Made by a program: the position numbers and the translations under genes. Below are positions 56,369-63,717 of a DNA stretch of 64,000 nt, piece after piece. The notes under the pieces were generated by a model that was not told the origin of the DNA, searched no databases, and saw only the letters and a program-made list of their open reading frames with translations. Each line of letters opens with the position of its first letter. Within the stretch, counting starts at the first letter, position 1. The stretch is from Candidatus Poriferisodalis sp. Lineage in GTDB: Bacteria; Actinomycetota; Acidimicrobiia; Acidimicrobiales; Poriferisodalaceae. The stretch spans positions 7,348 through 71,347 of the forward strand of contig NZ_CBDBDD010000007.1 of assembly GCF_965203655.1 (NCBI RefSeq), in the 5' to 3' direction.

Positions 56369-56522
56369 CTGAACGTTGGCTGCTCGTGCGCGTGAAAATC
56401 GTTGGACTTCGGCACCGTCGATCACCCATGATCGAGCGATCTGCTGACCGCTCAACTGGCCCGCCCTGGAGACCCTCGTACACTGCGGTGCTGTAGGACG
56501 GATGCCGAGGAGGTGTATTCGA

Positions 56523-56720
56523 ATGAGCGACAGCGGCGACGATGTCAAGGTCATTCACTACACCGACGAGGACGTCCGCGAAGGCAATCAGCGCATGCTC
56601 GAGGATGTCGGCTGCACTTGGGAGCAGCTGCAGGCGCAGGCCCAAGCCGGCCGTTTCGAGAGCGCGAAGGCCCGCGACGTGTGGCTCGTCATCTCGTCCT
56701 TTGAACCAGCTACAGCGTGA
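56523..56720 (+). CDS. Hypothetical small acidic protein (65 aa)
   Basis: ATG 56523 lies 9 nt after GAGGAGG. No recognisable family. Overlaps the next ORF by 20 nt. Confidence 0.5.
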   Translation: MSDSGDDVKVIHYTDEDVREGNQRMLEDVGCTWEQLQAQAQAGRFESAKARDVWLVISSFEPATA

Positions 56721-57312
56721 CCTGGAGCGCCAGGCGAAGCAGTTCGCCGGCGAGACAGCGGATGTGCTCAATGGCACCGTCACTGACGGCATCCGATTGG
56801 ACTGCGGGCTGTACACGCACGGGTCGCACGGACAGGCGATAGTCACCTACAAGCTGGACCGCATCAATCGCCGTGGCGAACCCATCCCGCTGAAGATCTC
56901 ACGTACACCGGCAAAGCTGTCGCTGCGTGTGTTCCATGCGCTGCGAATGGACGACGAGAGCCGTCATCTGGCCAACATCAAGAGCACGTACGGGCTCTAC
57001 GTTCAGCACAAGAGCGCTTTCGCGTATCACTACGAGCGCGATGCCGACAACGACTACCCGGCAGCGCACCTGCACATCGACGGCAAGGCCAAACGCTTGC
57101 AGAGGATTCTTGACGTCGTCGGCCGCGGCAAGGACAAGCCGACCGCCCTGCACTTGCCCGTCGGGGGCCGCAGGTATCGGCCGAGCCTCAGCCGTCTCGC
57201 CCGGCCGTCATCTAACGGTTCGACGGCCTCTGAACTAACGCTTCGGCGGCCGCCGCGCGAGCTGTCAGGGCTCGAAATCGCATGGAAAGGAGCCGAACAA
57301 GGAGAAACATAA
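56701..57312 (+). CDS. Hypothetical protein (~203 aa; start TTG 56701 or GTG 56764)
   Basis: Frame +1 relative to the small ORF. No recognisable family. The last ~17 codons run through leader cassette copy 2, so the C-terminus may not be native. Confidence 0.45.
   Translation: MNQLQRDLERQAKQFAGETADVLNGTVTDGIRLDCGLYTHGSHGQAIVTYKLDRINRRGEPIPLKISRTPAKLSLRVFHALRMDDESRHLANIKSTYGLYVQHKSAFAYHYERDADNDYPAAHLHIDGKAKRLQRILDVVGRGKDKPTALHLPVGGRRYRPSLSRLARPSSNGSTASELTLRRPPRELSGLEIAWKGAEQGET
57259..57307 (+). repeat. Leader cassette copy 2 (5-prime UTR and RBS of the CWB2 protein gene)
   Basis: GAGCTGTCAGGGCTCGAAATCGCATGGAAAGGAGCCGAACAAGGAGAAA, 48/49 identical to copy 3. TTG 57315 lies 7 nt downstream. 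Confidence 0.75.
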
Positions 57313-57314
57313 CC

Positions 57315-60233
57315 TTGACTACCTACTCGAAGCGGCGAAGCAGGCGTTCCCTCGCTGCGGTCCTGGCGGCGATGCTCATCGCATCGGTGCTCGCGGTCGT
57401 AGCGGGATCCCCAGCCCAAGCCGCAAACACTTCTTTCGAGGTGAAGAGAGATCACGACAACAACGCGGCTACGGCGTCAGTCCGTGAGTTCGCTGGTCAG
57501 GATCGCTACGACACAGCGCTGCGACTGGCGAAGAACTTCGCCACCTCAAAGGGCGGCCTTGGCTCCGTTCCGGCAGCGTTCGTCTCGTCTGGCGAGACAT
57601 TGGTCGACTCCATCTCGGTCGCCGGTCTTGCCGGCTATGTAGATGCCCCGATCTTGCTGACCCCCACGGGCAGCTTGCATGGCGGCGTCGCTGACTTCAT
57701 CGAGGACTACGGCGTCAGCACGGTGTACGTGCTGGGCGGCTCGGCCGCCATTGCCGATTCAGTGGTGACTTCCATTGAGGGGCTCACCTCGAAGCCGAAG
57801 GTGACCCGTGTTTCGGGCGACGACCGGTACGCAACTGCCGCTGCGATCGCATCGATGATCGACGCTGAGTCGTCTTGGTGCGATACCGACGCGGTGAGTG
57901 CGGTGCTGATCAACGGCGCCACCGACATGATGCCGTTCGGCGTGGCTGTGCAGACGATTGCCTATCGCCTGCAGCTTCCTGTGCTGATGACGGCCGCTGA
58001 CGAGCTGCCTGACGCGACCGCGGAGTACATCACCGAGAACGATGTGGAGCATGTCCAGATCGTCGGTGGTACTGGCACAGTGTCGGCTGATGTTGCTTCG
58101 GCGCTGACCACGCTCGGTGTCGACACCGTGGCCCGTGTGGAGGGCGACTCCGCTGCGGCAGTGTCAGTCGCACTGGCTGCGCTCGCGAACGACGGCTGCG
58201 GCGACGACCTCGGCTTGGTGTCCAACGACCGCGTGGCATTGGTGCGCGGCAATCCCGACGGCGTGGTCGCTGCTCCGGTGCTGGCATCCAGCTTCGCCGG
58301 CGGCTATCTGGTGACCCCGCTGGTTGTGGGCGACAGCCTGCCGGCCTCGGTGCGCGACCATCTCGCCGCCACGCCGCAGAACATCGGCACCAACCGGCTG
58401 AACCTGGGCATCCTCGCTGTCGGTGGCACCGCTGCGGTCAGCGAGGCCACCATGAAGGCTGCGCTCGAAGCGGCAGCCTCGACTGCTGCGCTGACCGTGC
58501 GGATCGGCGCCGCGAGCGACACCAACAAGGACGGGGCGACCAACGCGGACGACCCGGTGCGGCCCGACCCGGCGGCTACCGGCACGGCGACCGCCATCGA
58601 TGCGAGCGCTAGCCCGCCGACTGGGCCGATGATCTCGCTGTACTTCAGCGATGCTGTGACCGCGACCGCCAACGTGGAGCGGATCAAGGACGTCGTCGAG
58701 ATCAATGGCATCCCGGCGATTGTGCTCAACGCTGCGGGGAACGCCGGCGCCGTGTGCGACCAGACCCGGATCGACGTCACGCTCGGCCAGGCGCTCAGCG
58801 CTGGCGATGTGATCTCGATCGACGGCTCGGCTGTCAAGCTCGGCACGTCGACTGATCAGCGCACCTTCGGGTCCGCGACCACGACAGTGACCGCTCCTGC
58901 GCCGGACCGTGTGCGGCCGACGATCTCGATCGTGGGCATCGCGGGCGCGGCGACGGCAAGGGCGACGTTCGAGATCAGCTTCAATGACAATGTCGGCCTG
59001 GCAGGCACTGCACAGCTCGCCACCGATGAGGTGAGGATCGTCGGCGGACCCGGCGGCACGAGCCCTGCACCGACGGTGACCGTGGCTCATACTGCGGGCA
59101 CAAATTCGGCGGTGGCGACCGTCAGCCGCGACTTGGTGGCTGGTGATCGGCTGATCATCAACCCGGGCGCAGTTGAGGACGCTGCGGGCAACAAGAGCGC
59201 CGGCACGTCGGGTGCGGCGATCAAGGCGCAGGCCAGCCCGCGCATCAACCGGGTGCTGATGAGCGATCTGAAGCACACCGCGCACGCCACATGGACGGTC
59301 CCGGCCGGTTCTGTGGGCGGCGTCACCGGAACCGGCGCCGGGATCACGATCCGGGCGAAGGGCGACGGCGACGCCGCGGGCGCTGCAGGCAATGACTGGT
59401 CGATGGTGTTCGACCGGGCCAGCACCTACAGCCCTGCCAAGCCGCTGGACATCGGCGTGAGCGTCGATCCCAAGGGCAAGCGCGTGACGGTGCGGTTCAA
59501 CAACGGCCCCGCCACTGCCACCTTGGGCGATCTGATCAAGACGTTGAACGCCGATGCCGAGTTCTCGGCGCTGTTCTCGGCGGGCTTCACCAGCTGCTCC
59601 TTGGCGGCGGAGAACAGTGCGGGCAGTGCTGTGCTGGGCTTGGTTACGGCTCGGAACGTGGCCGCTGGCTTCAGCGACTCGGGTCGCACCCAGTTCGCCA
59701 TCGAGGTGAACTTCAACGCCTACGTTGACGTGATCCGCAACCCGAACCTGCTCGAGGACCTTCTGGCGGCTACCAGGGTCCGCACACGGCCCAGCGCGGC
59801 TGAGACCGTGGCAGAGGGGAACACCCGGGTGCAGACTGCCGCGACCGGCGGCGACGGTGCCGCTGCTGGCGGCGGTCTGACGATCTTCGCGGACTTGAAC
59901 GCTGACAGCCCGGCGCTGCCCGTTGTGGACGCCAGCGCGGCTCCGGTGCGGTCGGTGCGCTATGAGTTCGAGACATCGCAGGTGCGCTACCTGCCGATGG
60001 CACGCGACCTCGTGCAGACCGCTGCAGGCCACGCCGGCGCAGCTGCCGTCACCGGGCCTCCGGCGTACTCGGCGATCACCGCTGACGCCGGGGTAGCGAC
60101 CGGCTACGCCGCCGACGCCCCCGCGACCGGCACAACCGACACCACAACCGCGGCTGACAGGGTCGATGAGAACCTCAACGGCTCGTCGCAGAACCGCATC
60201 CAGGTGTCCAACAGCGTCAAGGCTCCCTCCTAG
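57315..60233 (+). CDS. Secreted 972-aa protein with three N-terminal CWB2 cell-wall-binding repeats and a long Ala/Thr/Gly-rich C-terminal region (S-layer-like)
   Basis: Signal peptide KRRSRRSLAAVLAAMLIASVLAVVAGSPAQA-A. Three units of the G-DRY-TA...APILL...V(Y/Q)(V/I)LGG type, matching the Pfam CWB2 pattern. Confidence 0.8.
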   Translation: MTTYSKRRSRRSLAAVLAAMLIASVLAVVAGSPAQAANTSFEVKRDHDNNAATASVREFAGQDRYDTALRLAKNFATSKGGLGSVPAAFVSSGETLVDSISVAGLAGYVDAPILLTPTGSLHGGVADFIEDYGVSTVYVLGGSAAIADSVVTSIEGLTSKPKVTRVSGDDRYATAAAIASMIDAESSWCDTDAVSAVLINGATDMMPFGVAVQTIAYRLQLPVLMTAADELPDATAEYITENDVEHVQIVGGTGTVSADVASALTTLGVDTVARVEGDSAAAVSVALAALANDGCGDDLGLVSNDRVALVRGNPDGVVAAPVLASSFAGGYLVTPLVVGDSLPASVRDHLAATPQNIGTNRLNLGILAVGGTAAVSEATMKAALEAAASTAALTVRIGAASDTNKDGATNADDPVRPDPAATGTATAIDASASPPTGPMISLYFSDAVTATANVERIKDVVEINGIPAIVLNAAGNAGAVCDQTRIDVTLGQALSAGDVISIDGSAVKLGTSTDQRTFGSATTTVTAPAPDRVRPTISIVGIAGAATARATFEISFNDNVGLAGTAQLATDEVRIVGGPGGTSPAPTVTVAHTAGTNSAVATVSRDLVAGDRLIINPGAVEDAAGNKSAGTSGAAIKAQASPRINRVLMSDLKHTAHATWTVPAGSVGGVTGTGAGITIRAKGDGDAAGAAGNDWSMVFDRASTYSPAKPLDIGVSVDPKGKRVTVRFNNGPATATLGDLIKTLNADAEFSALFSAGFTSCSLAAENSAGSAVLGLVTARNVAAGFSDSGRTQFAIEVNFNAYVDVIRNPNLLEDLLAATRVRTRPSAAETVAEGNTRVQTAATGGDGAAAGGGLTIFADLNADSPALPVVDASAAPVRSVRYEFETSQVRYLPMARDLVQTAAGHAGAAAVTGPPAYSAITADAGVATGYAADAPATGTTDTTTAADRVDENLNGSSQNRIQVSNSVKAPS

Positions 60234-60303
60234 GAGCGAGCTGCACAGTTGACCTGAACCGTTCGGGCGGGCTGCCCGCCTGATCGGCAAAGAACAACAA
60301 CGA

Positions 60304-60335
60304 AAGAGCCCCGGGGTTTCGGCCCCGGGGCTCTT
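60304..60335. terminator. 13-bp GC-rich stem-loop after the CWB2 gene
   Basis: AAGAGCCCCGGGG-TTTCGG-CCCCGGGGCTCTT. There is no T tract on the + side, and the U-rich flank is on the opposite strand. Confidence 0.5.
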
Positions 60336-60476
60336 CGCGTGCGGGCCCCTGTCGTCGTTGCGCTCCGTGCGGTCTGTTGGTCGGTGTCGGGCGGAGGCGC
60401 TAGTGTGAGAGCACGAAGACCCATCGGTTGGCCGCCTGGTTCATCCGGGAAGCACGGTGACCGGTTCTATTGATCC

Positions 60477-60508
60477 CAGGGGTGCCATTGGCACCCCTGA
60501 ATCTTTTT
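60477..60508 (+). terminator. Intrinsic-terminator-like palindrome with T tract just upstream of the NYN gene RBS
   Basis: CCAGGGGTGCCATTGGCACCCCTGG-type perfect palindrome (60477-60499) followed by AATCTTTTT, then GGAGGG and GTG 60518. Confidence 0.55.
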
Positions 60509-60517
60509 GGAGGGCTC

Positions 60518-61138
60518 GTGTCGGCCGGTCCAGCGTCGCAGCACTATCGCGTGCGCGTGTTCGTCGATTTCTGGAACTACACGCTCGCGATGAGGGACGC
60601 CGACGCCGGGTTCCGCACCGACTGGTCGCTGCTAGGTCCCGCAGTGTCGTCCGCGGCGGCTTCCTCGGTTGGCTCTCAGGTCCGGCACACCTACCAAGGC
60701 ATGTCCGTTCACGGCTCATATGACCCGTCTCGGGACCGCAAGCTGCTGAACTGGGCGACAACGGTGCTGGGCGGCTTTGCCGGGGTGCGTGTGGACTTCT
60801 CCCCTCGGCGCAAGAGACGCGGCGCGCCGTCGTGTCCGCGCTGTCACGCATCGGTTGACAGGTGCCCCCAATGCGGCAGCGACATGCGAGGCACCGAGGA
60901 AAAGGGCGTCGACGTGCGCATGGCCATAGAGATGATCAGCCTGGCGATGCTGGGCAGCTACGACATCGCTGTGCTCGTCTCGTCAGACCGCGACTTCATA
61001 CCGGTCGCGGAGTTCCTCAGCTCTCGGGGGATCACGGTGATTCACGCCGCGTTCGGCAGCCTCGGGGCCGAGCTCTCCCAGAGCTGCTGGACGCGCATCG
61101 ACCTGCCTCACCTGCGGCCCAGCTTCGAGCGCTCATAG
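60518..61138 (+). CDS. NYN-domain (LabA/DUF88-like) putative RNase with inserted CxxC-x7-CxxC zinc ribbon
   Basis: VRVFVDFWNY, EKGVDVRMAIEM and VLVSSDRDFIPV are the NYN acidic motifs. The insert is SCPRCHASVDRCPQCGS. Confidence 0.8.
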   Translation: MSAGPASQHYRVRVFVDFWNYTLAMRDADAGFRTDWSLLGPAVSSAAASSVGSQVRHTYQGMSVHGSYDPSRDRKLLNWATTVLGGFAGVRVDFSPRRKRRGAPSCPRCHASVDRCPQCGSDMRGTEEKGVDVRMAIEMISLAMLGSYDIAVLVSSDRDFIPVAEFLSSRGITVIHAAFGSLGAELSQSCWTRIDLPHLRPSFERS

Positions 61139-61623
61139 CAACAACGACGCGTCGCAGCGGCGCGTCGTGCGGCCCGTGGTACAGATGCAACCCGTCGACG
61201 AACGCTGCTGCCCCTACGTCCATGCTCGCCTGCTCTCGGGTTTGCCGGACGACATGCCGCAGCCCGATCAACGCAGGTCGGATGTATAATCCCGCCCAGA
61301 GCTGTCCTGCGCGGGTGACCGCCAGGAGCGAGAAATGCCCCCCAACCGACGGGGGCATTTCTGCGCCATGGACACCGCCAGGGCATTGCTCCTGCTCACA
61401 GGACGAAGCCGACACGCGGCTGGCAATACCGCGCCGGGCCGCTGCCGAACGCCGGGCCATCACCTGGCGGCTTGAGGGCCTCTGATCTAACACTTCGAGG
61501 TCCAATGAAGCAGCCGTCGCGACGCGACGGCACCCATCGGCGTGACCGCAGCGCAGCATCGCTCGGTGACGCGAGGCATGCACGGTCGGCACGATCCAGA
61601 TGCTTCGTAAGCGGCCGGCGAGC

Positions 61624-61672
61624 GAGCTGTCAGGGCTCGAAATCGCACGGAAAGGAGCCGAACAAGGAGAAA
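61624..61672 (+). repeat. Leader cassette copy 3
   Basis: GAGCTGTCAGGGCTCGAAATCGCACGGAAAGGAGCCGAACAAGGAGAAA. GTG 61680, 7 nt downstream, opens a 17-codon ORF ending at 61733. The next gene starts at 61812. Confidence 0.75.
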
Positions 61673-61811
61673 AGGAACCGTGGCTGCTTGGGCGAGCGGC
61701 GGCCTTGGCGCTGGACCAATGAAAGAGCATTGAAAAATACTGAAATTCATTTTCCGAATCAAGAGAGGCTCCCTGCTGTCCACAGCGGATCGCTGCAGAA
61801 AGGAATCCGCT

Positions 61812-62123
61812 GTGTCTGAACAAGATCGTTCTCGCCTCTACGCTTGGTGGTGCGAGCAGGCCGACGAGTCGCTCGCCGAATACGTCATGTCCTGTCTGAG
61901 CCCTGTGTCGCTTCCCGATCTCGCCACCAAGGACGACTTCAGGGTTCTCAAGAGCGACATAGCGCGTCTCGATACCGCGTTCGAGCGACTTGAGTCCAAG
62001 TTCGAGCGGCTCGTCGATGCCCGCGAGGCCGACCGCAAGGAAGCGCGGCATCAGTTCCGCTGGCTGGCCGGCATCGGCGTGTCGATCCTCGGCGTCGTGG
62101 TAGGGCTCGGCATTTTCTCGTAG
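61812..62123 (+). CDS. Small coiled-coil protein with C-terminal TM anchor (DUF1640/XhlA-like architecture), paralog A
   Basis: SRLYAWW, AEYVMSCL, a LATKDDFRVLKSDIARLD coiled coil, and the C-terminal WLAGIGVSILGVVVGLGIF. Confidence 0.6.
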   Translation: MSEQDRSRLYAWWCEQADESLAEYVMSCLSPVSLPDLATKDDFRVLKSDIARLDTAFERLESKFERLVDAREADRKEARHQFRWLAGIGVSILGVVVGLGIFS

Positions 62124-62356
62124 CGCTCGTCGGCACAGCCCCGACTCCAGCGCGCAGCCACACGGCCCCTCGACGCTCGGCGCCGCCGGCGTGATCGGCT
62201 GAGCGCCCCACAGCTTGCGCACCCCTGCTCCGCTCGAACAATGTCGCAAGCTCATGGCCGCCTGGGCCAACTTCGTCGCCCCCCGCCCCCGCCGACAGCG
62301 CCCGTGATGCAGAACCGCGTGTCGAGCCAGAGGCCGGTCCTCGTTGATGGGGCTGA

Positions 62357-62929
62357 TCAGAGATTCACGAGTTCCGGCGGCGCCCAAGCAGGCCAGCCTG
62401 ATTGCCGCACGAGCAGGCCGTTTCGGTAGTGAGCGACGAGGCGGAACGGCGTCGATGCCGAAGTGTTGTCATAGACATGCGATTGGCCGGCTATCCGGAC
62501 GGCAGCAGCGACATGGCCCCACAGTCGACGGTGGCGTGAACGGATCTTGTCCTCAGGAACTGCGTGGCCGCCGTTGGAGACGCGATCTTCGACTCTGGCG
62601 ACCGCAAAATCCTCTGGGACGATGACGACATGCAGGACAACGATGTAGCCGGATCGGGACGCGTTGCGCACAAGGCCGACCTTGGACTCGTGCGAGAACA
62701 CCGTCTCGGCCACAAATGATCGATGCGCTTGGATCAACTGCTCTCGGCGCTGTTCCGCCATCTGCGCCGCTTGGTAGGCGTGCTCACCTGGATCATCGGG
62801 CCATCGCTCGGCTGCGATCCGGTCGGCGTTGACGAACTCCAAAGACGAGGGTGCGAGCACGCGTTCAACAAAGGTCGTCTTGCCGGCACCGTTGGGACCC
62901 GCGATGACATGCAGCACCGGTGAGGTCAT
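62357..62929 (-). CDS. Zeta-toxin-like / AAA P-loop kinase-fold protein
   Basis: Walker A IAGPNGAGKTT. 190 aa from ATG 62929. Lies downstream of a ParD-like gene. Confidence 0.8.
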   Translation of the reverse strand: MTSPVLHVIAGPNGAGKTTFVERVLAPSSLEFVNADRIAAERWPDDPGEHAYQAAQMAEQRREQLIQAHRSFVAETVFSHESKVGLVRNASRSGYIVVLHVVIVPEDFAVARVEDRVSNGGHAVPEDKIRSRHRRLWGHVAAAVRIAGQSHVYDNTSASTPFRLVAHYRNGLLVRQSGWPAWAPPELVNL

Positions 62930-62961
62930 CACGAGCTCCGCGATCAATCCTGGGGCCGCGG

Positions 62962-63312
62962 CTACGGCTGTCGAGTGACGATGTTCCCGTCGTCGTCGAG
63001 TTCGACATACGAGCGGCCTTCGGCCGCGAACTCGTCGGCCAAGTTGAGGTCTCGGCGGCGCTGGTCGGTGCGTTCGGCCCATTCTGCCCGCACAACAGCC
63101 TGCTCTCGTTCGTTCAGGTCGTCGTAGGAAGCTCTGCATCCGAGCACCTGCTCGATCGCCTGGGTCGAGACGTTCGGCGCAGACTCGAGCTCCTTGCCGA
63201 TCCGCGCCCAGTGGCTCACTTGCTGGGCGGCGCTGCGGCTCATCAGCGGTGCCAACGCAGTGGCGAGGGCATGGATGTCCTCATCGACTCGAATCGGTGT
63301 GCTTGTCGCCAC
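62962..63312 (-). CDS. ParD-like antitoxin partner of the zeta-like protein
   Basis: IRVDEDIHALATALAPLMSRSAAQQVSHWARIGKELE and EQAVVRAEWAER. GTG 63312 lies 7 nt after GGGAGG. Confidence 0.65.
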   Translation of the reverse strand: MATSTPIRVDEDIHALATALAPLMSRSAAQQVSHWARIGKELESAPNVSTQAIEQVLGCRASYDDLNEREQAVVRAEWAERTDQRRRDLNLADEFAAEGRSYVELDDDGNIVTRQP

Positions 63313-63363
63313 ACGACCACCTCCCAAGCAACTGTAGCAGATTGCTACCAACAGAAGCCCGCC

Positions 63364-63717
63364 GTGTCTGAAGAGGATCGCTCTCGCCTCTACGCTTGGT
63401 TCCGTGAGCAGCTCGACGAGCGCCGCGCGGAGTACATGATGTCGTGCCTCGCGCCCGCGCCGCTGTCGGACCTGGTGACCAAGGAGCATCTTGAGAGGGT
63501 GCTGTCGTCGGCGTTCTCGGAGTTCGCGCTGAATCAGTCCGACTGGCGCGAAGCCGACCGCAAGCAAATCGCCGACGAGCGCGAGGCCGACCGTCAGGAG
63601 GCCCGCAAGCGTCACAGGTGGCTGGTGGGGATCGCTGTTGTGTTGGCGTTGGAGATCGTGGCGGCCGAGGCGGGCTGGTTGCAGCCGCTCACCGACCTGC
63701 TCACCGCGGCGTCCTGA
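63364..63717 (+). CDS. Small coiled-coil protein with C-terminal TM anchor, paralog B
   Basis: The first ~45 nt are nearly identical to paralog A (GTGTCTGAA.A.GATCG.TCTCGCCTCTACGCTTGGT). Shares SRLYAW, AEYMMSCL, READRK and RWLVGIAVV. Confidence 0.6.
   Translation: MSEEDRSRLYAWFREQLDERRAEYMMSCLAPAPLSDLVTKEHLERVLSSAFSEFALNQSDWREADRKQIADEREADRQEARKRHRWLVGIAVVLALEIVAAEAGWLQPLTDLLTAAS

Noticed and set aside
55963-56496. 177-aa plus-strand ORF across the hipB antisense and leader cassette copy 1
   Set aside because: Its first half is antisense to hipB. The rest is the spacer containing the cassette and its 23-codon ORF in a different arrangement. It has no motifs.
58164-60290. 708-aa minus-strand ORF opposite the CWB2 gene, and 451-aa ORF 61032..62387
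   Set aside because: The first is antisense to a gene with clear domain repeats and a signal peptide. The second spans intergenic repeats, leader cassette copy 3 and the antisense of small protein A. Both have Arg-rich, low-complexity translations.
60304-60335. Treating the 13-bp stem-loop as a canonical plus-strand intrinsic terminator
   Set aside because: No T tract follows on the plus strand, and the U-rich flank is on the minus strand where no gene converges. It is kept as a stem-loop of uncertain role, with the palindrome and T tract at 60477-60508 as the better terminator.
56320-61672. Integron-like gene cassette array defined by the three leader copies
   Set aside because: No integron integrase is present and the repeats have no attC-like imperfect palindrome structure. 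The repeats sit 5-prime of start codons like UTRs rather than 3-prime of cassettes. The idea is retained only as one of several hypotheses.
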